Of a DNA stretch of 64,000 nucleotides, positions 26,611 through 37,133 are shown piece after piece (positions within the stretch are counted from its first letter, which is position 1; every line of letters starts with the position of its first letter). A model generated the notes under the pieces. That model was not told the DNA's origin and ran no database searches. It saw only the letters and a list, made by a program, of their open reading frames with translations. Origin of the DNA: Fidelibacterota bacterium (GTDB lineage: Bacteria > Fidelibacterota > Marinisomatia > Marinisomatales > UBA1611). The translations under genes and the position numbers were made by a program. The stretch lies in the NCBI GenBank assembly GCA_002708715.1, contig PAPB01000035.1, positions 22,285 through 86,284 on the forward strand, written 5' to 3'.

Positions 26611-28457
26611 TCTAATTCTAAAATTAGGATACTTTTAGGTTTTAATTCAATTGACTCTGATAGGTTATAATTATTACCATTTATGATATCAATTCCTTTT
26701 CTTTTTTTCAATAAAATTTCATGATATAAATCAAATTCCAATATTTTTTTATTTTCTTGATTATTCATTATTACCATTACTTTTTCATTTTTATAGATTC
26801 TAAAATAAACGTAGATACCATGGGTTACAGGATAATGTATTAGCTTACCCTGAGTAATAGCATTATTTGATTTTCTCCAGTTTAGTAATGTTTTTATATA
26901 ATTTTTGGCCTCTAGTTGTATAGGATTTAGTCCAGAACCTATAAAGGCATTTATCTTATCGTTATCCCAACCTCCAGGAAAATCTTTACGGAGTTCACCA
27001 TGATCTTCAGTACTGGTCATAGCAATCTCAGTTCCATAATAAATTTGAGGTATTCCTCTGGTTGTGGCAATAAACGAAATTGCCATTTTAAATAGATCCA
27101 TTTTTTCATTTAATAAAGAATATACACGCTGCATATCATGGTTATCTGGAAAAATGACAAGATTATAAGGATCTCCGTATTGGAAATCACTTGCAAGAAT
27201 ACGGTAGATATCTCCTATCCCGCTATTCCAAGAATGTTTAGTTGTTAAACCTTGAATAAGAAATTTTTGAAGAGGAAAGTCTTTCATGCTTGGTATGTAA
27301 GATTGGAAATCATCATATGGTTTACTTCCTTTTTGCCAATAGGATACCATTGTTGGATCATTCAACCAGGCCTCGCCAAAAAAGTTGAAATCTGGAAATT
27401 CTTCAATAACTCTTTTACTCCACTTTGAAAGAAAATCTTTATCAATATATGGATAAGTATCAATCCTAAGACTAGACAATTCAGCATATTCAATCCACCA
27501 TATGGTGACTTGTTCTAGATAAGTAGCAACAAATGGATTTTTTTGGTTTAAATCAGGCATTGTTTGAACAAACCAGCCATCCGTGAACAAGTTTTTTTGA
27601 GATTGGGGTAAATGAGGATCATAAACTGTTTCGTGAATATGATTAGTTTGAACGTAATTATCTTGATAATTTAACCAGTCTATCGTTGGAAGATCATTCA
27701 TCCACCAATGCCCTGATCCGATATGATTTAAAACTAGATCTTTGATAAGGCCAATATCTCTTTTTTTTGCTTCTAATGATAATTTTTTATATAGTTTATT
27801 GGAACCATATCGAGCATCAATATTGTAGTAGTCAGTTGTGGAGTATCCATGATAAGAATAATTAGTTTGATTATTCTCTAGAACAGGATTGAGCCAAATT
27901 TGAGTAAATCCCATATCATTAATATAGTCAAGGTGATCTATAATCCCCTTTATGTCACCTCCATGTCTTCCATCTTTATTCATTCTATTTACTTTCTCAA
28001 ATAAGTGATCAATATTGTCATTACTTCTATCACCATTTGCATATCTGTCAGGTGTAATTAAATATATCACATCAGCACTATTCAAATTTTGTTTGTTATG
28101 ATATTCTTTTCTTTTTAGTAGTTCATAGTCATAGCTCAGAACCTTTTTTTTCTTATCATAAAAATTTATGGTAAATTGTTTTGGTTTATCCTTTTCTATA
28201 AATAAATCAATAAATAAATAATTAGGACTATCGGCAATGTGTATCTTTTTAATTTTTATACCTTTGTATGGGATTTTTGGTTGGAGCTTAGATATATTAT
28301 CACCATGTATCATTAATTGAAGGTTCTTATTCTCAAATCCTGACCACCAAAAAGGTGGTTCAATATGATCAATTTCGAATGATAACCCTTTTGATATCCC
28401 TGATATTAAAAGAATAGTAAGGTAGAACTCTTTTATATTGAAATATTTTTTTAGCAT
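26607..28457 (-). CDS. GH13 alpha-amylase / cyclomaltodextrinase-family enzyme, exported
   Basis: It has a signal peptide and an N-terminal cyclomaltodextrinase-N-like domain (PPFWWSGF). The GH13 regions are present: DRYANGD, GGDIKGI..LDY...GFTQIWLNP, DLVLNHIG, RIDTYPY, FGEAW and FPDNHDMQR. Confidence 0.9.
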   Translation of the reverse strand: MLKKYFNIKEFYLTILLISGISKGLSFEIDHIEPPFWWSGFENKNLQLMIHGDNISKLQPKIPYKGIKIKKIHIADSPNYLFIDLFIEKDKPKQFTINFYDKKKKVLSYDYELLKRKEYHNKQNLNSADVIYLITPDRYANGDRSNDNIDHLFEKVNRMNKDGRHGGDIKGIIDHLDYINDMGFTQIWLNPVLENNQTNYSYHGYSTTDYYNIDARYGSNKLYKKLSLEAKKRDIGLIKDLVLNHIGSGHWWMNDLPTIDWLNYQDNYVQTNHIHETVYDPHLPQSQKNLFTDGWFVQTMPDLNQKNPFVATYLEQVTIWWIEYAELSSLRIDTYPYIDKDFLSKWSKRVIEEFPDFNFFGEAWLNDPTMVSYWQKGSKPYDDFQSYIPSMKDFPLQKFLIQGLTTKHSWNSGIGDIYRILASDFQYGDPYNLVIFPDNHDMQRVYSLLNEKMDLFKMAISFIATTRGIPQIYYGTEIAMTSTEDHGELRKDFPGGWDNDKINAFIGSGLNPIQLEAKNYIKTLLNWRKSNNAITQGKLIHYPVTHGIYVYFRIYKNEKVMVIMNNQENKKILEFDLYHEILLKKRKGIDIINGNNYNLSESIELKPKSILILELE

Positions 28458-28599
28458 AATTAACTGAATTTTTTTAATTAATAACTACAATAAAGTTTGT
28501 TGATATATTAAAAAAAGATCTTTTATGTAGTGAATCAAATTTAGGTTAAAGTTAAATTTCTTCAAATAACCATGATAGTATCAATATTATTTAGACTCT

Positions 28600-30333
28600 A
28601 TGAAATTCATATTATTTTTATTCATTTTTAATTTTTTATCTGGAGAAATACTTTTTACAGATATTTCTGATAATGCAGGTGTATCATTTTCAGGAATGTC
28701 AGAAGCAGTTTGTGTATTTGATTACAATAATGATGGTTTAGATGACATCTTATTTACTACGAGAAACGGAGGGACTATACATCTTTATGAGAATAGTGGT
28801 GGAATGAATTTTACAGATGTATCTATTGAATCTAATCTTGGTGTAGTAATGGAAGCGAGGACTGCAGTAGCTGGTGATTATGATAATGATGGTGACTTAG
28901 ATTTGTTTATAGGTGCTACAATTGGGGAAAGTAAATTTTTTCGTAATAATGGGAATGGTACATTTCAAGATATAACAAACTTGACTGGAATTAATATTAG
29001 TGAACAAGTTAGAGGATGTACTTGGTTTGACTTTGATCAAGACGGGTTTCTTGATTTATATATTGGACTTTTATATGAGCCAAATTTATTATTCAAGAAT
29101 AACGCAGATGGAACATTTGTTGATATCGCTCAAACTGTAGGCGCTACAGGTCCATTTTCTGCAGGAATAATTATGGGACTTGGTGCGATCGATTACGATA
29201 GGGATGGAGACCAAGATATCTTTATAACTCAAGATAATAATAATGGGAATATTCTTTTAGAAAATCAGGGTAACGGATATTTTTTGGATATATCTCAATC
29301 TTCTCAAACAAATTTACAAGTGATGGGTATGGGAGTAGCCTTTGGTGATATTAACAGAGATGGTTTTTTCGATTTTTACACAACAAATCTCTATGAGAAT
29401 TCTCTTCTATTAAATTCCTCTGATGGGACTTTTACAGATATTAGTTTTTCTTCAGGGACTCAAGATATACCAGGTAGCATGGGATGGGGAACATTTTTTT
29501 TTGATGCTAACAATGATGGGTGGCTTGATATATACAATAATAATGAGACTGCATTTGGTGGAGTATATAATTCATTGATGATAAATCAAGGGGATCTCAC
29601 ATTTTCTATGTTGGGAGAAAGTTGTGGTGCAATTTTAGCTAATAATGGATATGGATCTTCATTTAGCGATTTTGATCATGATGGCGATTTGGATATGATA
29701 CTCGTTGGGCATTCATCAAATATTGGTTCTATTAATCTTTTGCAAAATGATTCTGATAATTTGAATTGGATTATATTGAATTTAGAACAAGCTCAGGGCA
29801 ATTTATTTGCAGTGGGTGCTACAGTTGAATTATATCATGGTACTAATTATCAATTAAATTATGTTTCAGCAGGTAATGGATATTGTAGCCAAAATACCTT
29901 AGATGTCCATTTTGGCCTTGATGATATGACCTATGTTGATTCGGTAATAGTTACATGGCCAGATAACCAAAAAGAATTATTCTTTGATCTTCAAATTAAT
30001 ACTAGGAATCATTTGATTCGCGGTAGTGGATCATTAATGATGAATACAGATCATGTAATTTCTAATCCTCAAAATTTTCTTGTAAAAGATATATATCCTA
30101 ATCCTTTTAATTCTGAAGCGATTTTGATGATTTCTTCTTATGAGAATATTAATCCAAAAATTGAGATTTTTGATCTTACTGGCCGTTTAATTAAATCAAA
30201 TATATATAGTTTTATTTTTAAAGGTGATCATAGAGTTAAAATTTCACTAAATAATAATACATCGGGGCTTTACTTTGTAAGAGTAAGTACATCAAATACC
30301 ATTCAAACAAAAAAGATTTATCTATTAAAATAA
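28600..30333 (+). CDS. FG-GAP/VCBS repeat (CRTAC1/ASPIC-UnbV-like) protein with a T9SS C-terminal domain
   Basis: It has repeated DYDNDGDLDL/DFDQDGFLDL/DYDRDGDQDI/DFDHDGDLDM FG-GAP Ca-loops and an UnbV-like block (VELYHG...GYCSQN). The C-terminus reads IYPNPFNSEA...GLYFVRV...KIYLLK. Confidence 0.8.
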   Translation: MKFILFLFIFNFLSGEILFTDISDNAGVSFSGMSEAVCVFDYNNDGLDDILFTTRNGGTIHLYENSGGMNFTDVSIESNLGVVMEARTAVAGDYDNDGDLDLFIGATIGESKFFRNNGNGTFQDITNLTGINISEQVRGCTWFDFDQDGFLDLYIGLLYEPNLLFKNNADGTFVDIAQTVGATGPFSAGIIMGLGAIDYDRDGDQDIFITQDNNNGNILLENQGNGYFLDISQSSQTNLQVMGMGVAFGDINRDGFFDFYTTNLYENSLLLNSSDGTFTDISFSSGTQDIPGSMGWGTFFFDANNDGWLDIYNNNETAFGGVYNSLMINQGDLTFSMLGESCGAILANNGYGSSFSDFDHDGDLDMILVGHSSNIGSINLLQNDSDNLNWIILNLEQAQGNLFAVGATVELYHGTNYQLNYVSAGNGYCSQNTLDVHFGLDDMTYVDSVIVTWPDNQKELFFDLQINTRNHLIRGSGSLMMNTDHVISNPQNFLVKDIYPNPFNSEAILMISSYENINPKIEIFDLTGRLIKSNIYSFIFKGDHRVKISLNNNTSGLYFVRVSTSNTIQTKKIYLLK

Positions 30334-30413
30334 TTCAGATTTTGAACAGTATTATTTATTTATAATTTGTAGTTTGCAGGAGTTTTATATAAATAAAAAT
30401 TAACGGAGGAACC

Positions 30414-32831
30414 ATGTTGAAATATCTTCCCAAATATATAGTTTTAACTTCTATTATTTTGTTATTTATTGGCTGTTTAGAAATGGAAATTATAGATCAG
30501 CCTATGACTGCTCAAATAGCGTCTTCTTTTATAGCCACCACAGAAATTATTTTTACTCAAGATCCTGATGCCGATTATGATCGTAGGATGCTTTTTGGTA
30601 TCAATAAACCGACAGGCTGGATTATTAATAGTGTTACATATTTATCACCTGAGCATGGAGAAGGTATATTTGAATACCTTGGCAATGAACAAGATGAACC
30701 TGATTGTGTAGATTGTGGTATTGATACTGGATGGGAGAATGAGCTAGAAGGTTCATATCCATCTCCAACTGGTCTACATTGGCAAATGTTTGTTAGTGAT
30801 AAAGATACAATCTCCACATCTAATGAAGAAGATCCTGATACATTCCACGTGACTATTAATTATACAGTAGACTATGCAGAATCTTCTTATATGTTACGGT
30901 ATTTTACAGCCTTTACAGATCTTAATGATGCTGGAGATCAAGAAAAGAGTGCTCTTGATAGTGCCTCTATTGCAATATATAATCCTGCATCAACAACAGT
31001 TGCGACTCTAACCATTACTGATCATTCATGGTTAAATGAAAATATTAAGATGAAAGGATCAATGTCAGATTGGTTTCTTTTTGCTGCGAATGATGATGGT
31101 GTTGATGGAGATATTGAAGCAGGAGATCATGTTTGGACAGGTCAATATCCTATATTTGATGATGGTGTATATGAATGGGGAGCTATAGAAGATGATGGAT
31201 CGGAGTATGGTATCTGGCTTATTGATGGTCCTAATCCACAGTTTGTTGTTGAGGGTAGTACCATTACTGGTGTTACAGATTATATTATACCTCCAGACAG
31301 TGCTGTTTATCCTGGAGCAGTAAAATTTACAGTAACTGATGGTACTCAAGAATATGTTGCAATCGAATGGAAAGGTACACCCACTGATTGGAATACGGTT
31401 CCAATGTATGATGATGGTTCAACCAGTGGTGATGAAGTAGCAGGAGATCATATTTGGACAGTGATTATTGATAATATTGTACCTGGAGATCATGAATGGG
31501 GAGCAATTGAGAATGATGGTACAGATAACGGTATCTGGCTAATAGATGGGGCATGGGAAAACCCTTCATTTAATTTAGAGTCAGATATGTTTACCTTGCA
31601 TGGTCAGACTGATTACGTGATTCCTGAACCAGGAGGAGAAGATATCACAAAAACAGTACTCTTTTCTGTTGATATGACAGAGTGGTTGGATGAAGCAGGT
31701 AATTTAGGTATGAGCATATTTAGTATAGGTCGCAGTGATTCGGTACAGGTAAGAGGTAGTTTTAATAATTGGGGTAATTGTACAGAATGTACCATGACTC
31801 GTACGCCTGGTACGAATATATTCAGTCATGCTATTAATGTTACAGCTCAACCAAATAGCGAACATGAGTGGGCATATTATCTTCATCTTAGTCAAGCATC
31901 GCTTGATTCAATTGCAACACGATTTGATGTGCAACCTGTTGATTGGATTGGTTGGGAGACATCACCACAGAATGCAGGGAATCGTAATTTTAATTTAGGT
32001 GAGGATGATGGAACAAATTTATTAGAGCTCCCTATCCATTCTTTTTATGATGTTTTTCCTGGTGCTGTTTTAGAACAAGGTAATTCAATGGATGTTACAT
32101 TTAGTATTGATATGTCTGATGCCACCTCAATGGGATTTAATGCAATTGAAGACTCTGTATTTTTAAGAACAGGGGATAAGTGGTTAAATCTTACACAAGG
32201 ATATTCAGATGGCGCAGATGTTAATTTTTATGGTGCAGTAAATAATAATGATGGAACGTATTCACTTGATTTAACATTTCATGGCCCTCTTCCTTGGAGT
32301 ATCTATTATAAGTGGGGTTTTAAGGATGTTTCTTTTGGTACTGAAATACAAGAAGAAGGTGGTGGTTTAGGTGGTGCACCTAGAATACGCTATTTTCATA
32401 GAAATATAGATGATAATTGTAATTGGCCTTCATCATTTGCATTTCCTTTAGACGAAACTTTCTCTCCTGATCCTACATTTCAAGAACCATGGGATTCTTC
32501 AGCTATATGTATGGAATTAATGGATATTGAAAAAGATCTTCCATTACCACAGCGATTCTATGTGAGTAATAATTATCCAAATCCATTCAATCCAACAACA
32601 CAAATTAAATTTTCTATGCCGATGGAATCAGATATGAGTTTAAAAATATATTCCATTGCTGGAGCCGAGGTTTACTCCTATACAAAGAAATCTCTACAGG
32701 CAGGGACATATTTGGTGGATTGGAATGGAAGGAATATGAATAATGCCCCTGTTGCGAGTGGTGTTTATTTTTATGAGTTTAGAGCAGGGAAAGAATTTCA
32801 TATTACCAAAAAAATGACCTTATTAAAATAG
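30414..32831 (+). CDS. Surface protein with lipobox, repeated beta-sandwich (putative carbohydrate-binding) modules and a T9SS C-terminal domain
   Basis: GGAGGA precedes the ATG. There is a lipobox (LFIGC). Two ~85-90-aa internal repeats are present, plus further V(R/K)GSFNNW-type modules. The C-terminus reads NYPNPFNPTTQIKF...GVYFYEF...MTLLK. Confidence 0.6.
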   Translation: MLKYLPKYIVLTSIILLFIGCLEMEIIDQPMTAQIASSFIATTEIIFTQDPDADYDRRMLFGINKPTGWIINSVTYLSPEHGEGIFEYLGNEQDEPDCVDCGIDTGWENELEGSYPSPTGLHWQMFVSDKDTISTSNEEDPDTFHVTINYTVDYAESSYMLRYFTAFTDLNDAGDQEKSALDSASIAIYNPASTTVATLTITDHSWLNENIKMKGSMSDWFLFAANDDGVDGDIEAGDHVWTGQYPIFDDGVYEWGAIEDDGSEYGIWLIDGPNPQFVVEGSTITGVTDYIIPPDSAVYPGAVKFTVTDGTQEYVAIEWKGTPTDWNTVPMYDDGSTSGDEVAGDHIWTVIIDNIVPGDHEWGAIENDGTDNGIWLIDGAWENPSFNLESDMFTLHGQTDYVIPEPGGEDITKTVLFSVDMTEWLDEAGNLGMSIFSIGRSDSVQVRGSFNNWGNCTECTMTRTPGTNIFSHAINVTAQPNSEHEWAYYLHLSQASLDSIATRFDVQPVDWIGWETSPQNAGNRNFNLGEDDGTNLLELPIHSFYDVFPGAVLEQGNSMDVTFSIDMSDATSMGFNAIEDSVFLRTGDKWLNLTQGYSDGADVNFYGAVNNNDGTYSLDLTFHGPLPWSIYYKWGFKDVSFGTEIQEEGGGLGGAPRIRYFHRNIDDNCNWPSSFAFPLDETFSPDPTFQEPWDSSAICMELMDIEKDLPLPQRFYVSNNYPNPFNPTTQIKFSMPMESDMSLKIYSIAGAEVYSYTKKSLQAGTYLVDWNGRNMNNAPVASGVYFYEFRAGKEFHITKKMTLLK
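31044..31631 (+). repeat. Two intragenic ~85-90-aa repeat modules (31044-31298 and 31362-31631)
   Basis: IKMKGSMSDW..DGD.EAGDHVWTGQ...GVYEWGAIEDDGSEYGIWLIDGPNPQF...TGVTDYIIP aligns with IEWKGTPTDW..SGDEVAGDHIWTVI...GDHEWGAIENDGTDNGIWLIDGAWENPSF...HGQTDYVIP. Confidence 0.7.
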
Positions 32832-32897
32832 AATCAATTAATGATTTAAAGGTTCTTAAGAAATTTTTGAGTACTTCTTTTTGATAATTTTTTTACA

Positions 32898-34211
32898 ATG
32901 AATTTCTTTTTGAATAGTAGACTAAAAAATAGTTTGGACTTTTTCCAGGTGATTTTTTCTACAAGTTATTCAATAAAACTGATAATTATTTTTACTATTT
33001 TTTCCTGTGCCAATCCTGAAGATGAAGTTGTTGCAAAAATTAATGATATTAGCATTACTAAATCTTCTTTTGAAACAAAGTATAGTGATTTTTTAAAAGC
33101 CAATTATAAAAAAGACAACTTATTAAATAGATATGCATTCTTAAATGGTTTAATAGATAATATTTTAATATTGAATTTTGCGTCTAAAGAAAAAATTAAA
33201 GAAAGTTCAGAGTTTATTATAAAAAGAAATAAGATTTTTGATCAGTTAATGTTGAACTATTTTTTTGAAGAAGAAGTTAATCTAGCGTATGGTATTACGG
33301 ATTCTGAATTACGAAAATTTTCAGTTTGGAAAAATAATACATTCCACGTTCGGCATCTTTTTGCGAAAAATAAATATCAAATAGAAAACATGCATATGAG
33401 ATTGTTATCGGGAGATTCTTGGGAGGATATAGCGCAACAGACATTTAAAGATACAATACTAAAAAATAATGGTGGAGATCTAGGATGGGTAAGTTTAGGT
33501 GATCTAGATCCTATTTTTGAATTGACGGCTTTTACCTTAGAAAAAAAGCAAATTTCAGGTCCAATAAAAACAAAATCAGGGTATAGTATTATTCAGTTAC
33601 TTGACAAGGTTCCAAATGGTTTAATAACGGAGCAACATTATCAATTATCTAAAAATAAACTAAAAAATTTGGTGCAGTATTATAAACGTCAGTTAGGAAT
33701 ACAAGAATATATGATTGAAGCGGAAAAATCATTGAATATTAAATTCTCTGATGACGTTTTGCATAATTTCTATAATAATTATTTTTCATTAACAAAAACT
33801 AAAGAATTTGATGAGACTACAGTGCTTGTAAATGTTAATAAAGATGTTTGGGATATAAGAAAAACTAAAAAACAATTACAATCATTATCAGATATTCAAG
33901 AAAGTTCGATTATAACAAAAATTGATTTTAAGAATGCAATTAAAGGCCTTATATGTCGATCTCATTTTTTAGAAAAAGCCAAATTGAAAAATATTAATAA
34001 AGACAAATTATTTGAAAAAGAATTTCAAGAGTTAATAAATAAAGCACTCGTCAAAAATGTATTAGATATGGTTTATGGAAAACTCGAGCAAAATGATTCT
34101 GAGTATTTAGTGCGGAAAAAAGATAAATATCTAAATTTTCGAAATATTTTGGTAATGAATAATGTTGTATCTGTTGATAGTAGTGCATTAAAAAATCTTA
34201 TAATATCATGA
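32898..34211 (+). CDS. Parvulin-type peptidyl-prolyl isomerase (PpiC/SurA/PrsA-like), lipoprotein (module A)
   Basis: It has a lipobox (IFSC) and the parvulin core HVRHLF...GGDLGWVSLGDLDPIFELTAF.L...ISGPIKTKSGYSIIQL. It is flanked by SurA-like helical regions, and its stop overlaps the next ATG (ATGA). Confidence 0.7.
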   Translation: MNFFLNSRLKNSLDFFQVIFSTSYSIKLIIIFTIFSCANPEDEVVAKINDISITKSSFETKYSDFLKANYKKDNLLNRYAFLNGLIDNILILNFASKEKIKESSEFIIKRNKIFDQLMLNYFFEEEVNLAYGITDSELRKFSVWKNNTFHVRHLFAKNKYQIENMHMRLLSGDSWEDIAQQTFKDTILKNNGGDLGWVSLGDLDPIFELTAFTLEKKQISGPIKTKSGYSIIQLLDKVPNGLITEQHYQLSKNKLKNLVQYYKRQLGIQEYMIEAEKSLNIKFSDDVLHNFYNNYFSLTKTKEFDETTVLVNVNKDVWDIRKTKKQLQSLSDIQESSIITKIDFKNAIKGLICRSHFLEKAKLKNINKDKLFEKEFQELINKALVKNVLDMVYGKLEQNDSEYLVRKKDKYLNFRNILVMNNVVSVDSSALKNLIIS

Positions 34212-37120
34212 TAAAAATACTATTCATGTTTTTGAAACTATTATTTTTAATACTGAATATGATTTTTGCAGGTACTACAGGGAAATTAACAGGTCTTATA
34301 ATAGATGAGAATACCTCACAGCCAATTATAGGATGTAATATTATAATTGAAAATACATTTTTAGGTACTTCATCTGATCAAAATGGAGAATATATTATCC
34401 TAAATATTCCGCCTGGGGAGTATAATGTTCGTTATGAAATGATTGGATATAAAAATATTTTGCAAGAGGGAATAGCTATTTCTATTGATAAGACTAACCG
34501 ATTAAATATAAACCTATTGGAAAGCGTTATACAGGGTGAAATGGTAACTGTAAAAGCCGAGAGAAAGCTTATTCAATTTGATGTTACCCAATCAGAAGCG
34601 ATTATTACATCGGATATATTGGATGATATGCCTGCGGTTGAAGTGATGGATGTGTTACGTTTGCAGGGAGGCGTTACCCAGGATAGTGATGGGGAAATTC
34701 ATTTAAGAGGTGGAAGAGCCAGCGAAGTGTCTTATATGATTGATGGTGTCCCTGTATCTGATATGTATGACGGAGGTGTATCTGTACAAATTGAAAATGA
34801 TAATGTGCAAGAGCTGCAGGTGATAAGTGGAACATTTAATGCTGAGTATGGGAAAGCATTAACTGGTGTTATTAACATGGTGACAAAAGATGGTGGAAGT
34901 CAGTTGGACGGTTCAATCCATATTTATTCTGGTGACTATACTACTAAAGATCCTATTTTTAATAATTTGGATCGACTAACCATAAGTGAAGATTATAGTA
35001 TATCGGCAAATATTAGTGGCCCATTATTACCAGGAAAGATTTCTTTCTATTCAAGTGGAAGAGTCAATAGCTCTCAGGGATGGCTCAATGGACTTCAAAC
35101 TTTTAATATATATGGTGACACGGTATTTACCGATAATAATAATAATAAATATTTTGATAGTGGCGATGAAAATAAAACACCGTTTTACAAGAGTTTAAAT
35201 TGGAATAATGCATGGTCTACTCAAAATAAACTCTTGTTCCAATTACGTCCATCTACAATATTAAAATTGAATACAATATTGAATTCTCAACAATCTCAAG
35301 ACTACAATCATGCATTACAATTTGTTAGTAATGGGCAATTAACAAATCTTGAGAGAGGAAAATTATTTATTATTAGTCTATCGCATTCTTTCTCGCCTAC
35401 TAGTTTTTTCCAATTTAATCTTAGTCAATTCCAAAGAAATTATGATTCATATTTATTTGAGAATCCATTAGATGATAGATATGTAAAACCCGATAGCTTG
35501 TATTGGTCTCATGTTCAGGCAATTATTCCTGATCATATTATAGATCAATATGGTGATGATGTGACATTCTATCCTAATTACGCACTCTATAGAATGGGAG
35601 TAGATACTAGGAGGTTTCAAAGAGAGACAAAAACGCAAACTATTAAACTGGATTTTACTAGCCAAATTAATAAATATAATCAAATAAAAGCAGGTATAGA
35701 CTATACGCAAAATATTTTATATTTAGATAACTATTCTATAATGGACTCTGTACAGACTGATCAAATTTTTACATTATCTATCCCAGAAAAAAATAGTTTT
35801 TCAAGGAGCTCATATACAAATAAGCCAAAAGAGATAGCCCTCTTTTTGCAAGATAAAATTGAATATGGTGATATGATTATTAATATAGGTTTGAGATATG
35901 AGCAATTTGATCCGAATAGTAGAACACCTAATAATATTCATGAGCCTTACATAAATAACCCTCGTAATCCTGCACTTGATTCTCTGACAATAACTGAACG
36001 TGAAGCAATAGATTGGGGAGCAATCTCATATATAGATCAGGATAGCTTGGGTAATGATGTTGCACACACATATGCTGAGTACTATGACAGGTTTAATGAC
36101 CAACCAACTCTTAATAGCAAAATCGGTTGGTGGAAAAACACCACAATAAAAAAGCAATTGAGCCCGCGAATGGCGGTCGCGTATCCTATCTCTGATAAGG
36201 GAGTGATACATTTTGCATATGGATATTTTTTTAAAGTTCCTGACTATTCTTTTCTCTATGATAATTCAGAATATAAATTAACAGAGACAGGAACAAATTT
36301 TGGTATATTTGGTAATCCAGACCTTAAGCCTGAGACAACTGTAAGTTATGAGATTGGTTTGAAGCAGGAGGTCCAAAAGAATACGCGGTTAGAATTAAGA
36401 GCATTTTATAGGGATGCAAGGAACTATGTATCAAGTGGGATACCTATTGACCTTGGTGATGGTAAAACATATTATACTTATGTAAATAAAGATTATGCCA
36501 ATTCAAGAGGGATTATTACAACGATTTATAAACGTATTAACACTATGTTTGGTGGCCAAATTGATTATACCTACCAAATAGCAGAAGGCGCTAATTCTAA
36601 TCCCGAAGAAGAGTTTGGCGCTGCATTAGCTGGGAATGAACCGACAAAGTCGATGATACCTTTAGATTGGGATCAAAATCATACTTTAAATGGGACTATT
36701 TTTGCTTCTCTAAACAATTGGAATATTAATACTATTTTTCAGTTTGGTAGTGGTTATCCTTATACACCAAATATCACAAACTATGAAATGCAGGGTGAAG
36801 TTTTATCAAACGTTTTGCAAAGGAACAGTAGAAGAAAGCCAATAACCTTTCGTCTGGATATTAAGGTTCAAAGAAAAATAAAATTAAGTAATTATCAAGG
36901 GAAAGTATATGTTGGAATATACAATCTTACAGATAGACGAAATCAGATTAATGTATATGGAGATACAGGTAGTGCAAGTGAAACAATTGAAAAAAGACGT
37001 GCGGAAATCATTAGCCCGTTTGAACCAATGAGGCCAAACACGATATCAGAATATTTTAATCGTCCTGATTGGTATGACCCACCTAGACGTATTCAATTCG
37101 GAGTTCAGTTTGGTATTTAA
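34208..37120 (+). CDS. TonB-dependent outer-membrane receptor with an N-terminal carboxypeptidase-regulatory-like domain (module A)
   Basis: It has a signal peptide, a CarbopepD_reg-like block (GKLTGLIIDENTSQPIIGCNIII..T..GTSSDQNGEYIILNIPPGEYNV) and a plug domain (HLRGGRASEVSYMIDGVPV...VISGTFNAEYGKALTGVINMVTKDG). A long beta-barrel region includes YGYFFKVP and DLKPETTVSYEIG. Confidence 0.85.
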   Translation: MIKILFMFLKLLFLILNMIFAGTTGKLTGLIIDENTSQPIIGCNIIIENTFLGTSSDQNGEYIILNIPPGEYNVRYEMIGYKNILQEGIAISIDKTNRLNINLLESVIQGEMVTVKAERKLIQFDVTQSEAIITSDILDDMPAVEVMDVLRLQGGVTQDSDGEIHLRGGRASEVSYMIDGVPVSDMYDGGVSVQIENDNVQELQVISGTFNAEYGKALTGVINMVTKDGGSQLDGSIHIYSGDYTTKDPIFNNLDRLTISEDYSISANISGPLLPGKISFYSSGRVNSSQGWLNGLQTFNIYGDTVFTDNNNNKYFDSGDENKTPFYKSLNWNNAWSTQNKLLFQLRPSTILKLNTILNSQQSQDYNHALQFVSNGQLTNLERGKLFIISLSHSFSPTSFFQFNLSQFQRNYDSYLFENPLDDRYVKPDSLYWSHVQAIIPDHIIDQYGDDVTFYPNYALYRMGVDTRRFQRETKTQTIKLDFTSQINKYNQIKAGIDYTQNILYLDNYSIMDSVQTDQIFTLSIPEKNSFSRSSYTNKPKEIALFLQDKIEYGDMIINIGLRYEQFDPNSRTPNNIHEPYINNPRNPALDSLTITEREAIDWGAISYIDQDSLGNDVAHTYAEYYDRFNDQPTLNSKIGWWKNTTIKKQLSPRMAVAYPISDKGVIHFAYGYFFKVPDYSFLYDNSEYKLTETGTNFGIFGNPDLKPETTVSYEIGLKQEVQKNTRLELRAFYRDARNYVSSGIPIDLGDGKTYYTYVNKDYANSRGIITTIYKRINTMFGGQIDYTYQIAEGANSNPEEEFGAALAGNEPTKSMIPLDWDQNHTLNGTIFASLNNWNINTIFQFGSGYPYTPNITNYEMQGEVLSNVLQRNSRRKPITFRLDIKVQRKIKLSNYQGKVYVGIYNLTDRRNQINVYGDTGSASETIEKRRAEIISPFEPMRPNTISEYFNRPDWYDPPRRIQFGVQFGI

Positions 37121-37133
37121 AAGTAAATATTGC

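Noticed and set aside
28458-28599. AT-only palindromes in the amylase/FG-GAP divergent region (TTAATTAA, AAATTTA..TAAATTT) and a lone ACTCTA half-site at the FG-GAP start, considered as further TrmB-type operators.
   Set aside because: These are short, pure-AT dyads expected by chance at this base composition. The ACTCTA lacks the partner half-site.
37074-37133. The ORF-track start at 37074 for the module-A giant protein. It overlaps the receptor gene end by 47 nt.
   Set aside because: The first 20 residues (MTHLDVFNSEFSLVFKSKYC) are not signal-like. The Met at 37134 begins a plausible signal peptide and removes the overlap. The paralogue also starts directly with its signal peptide.
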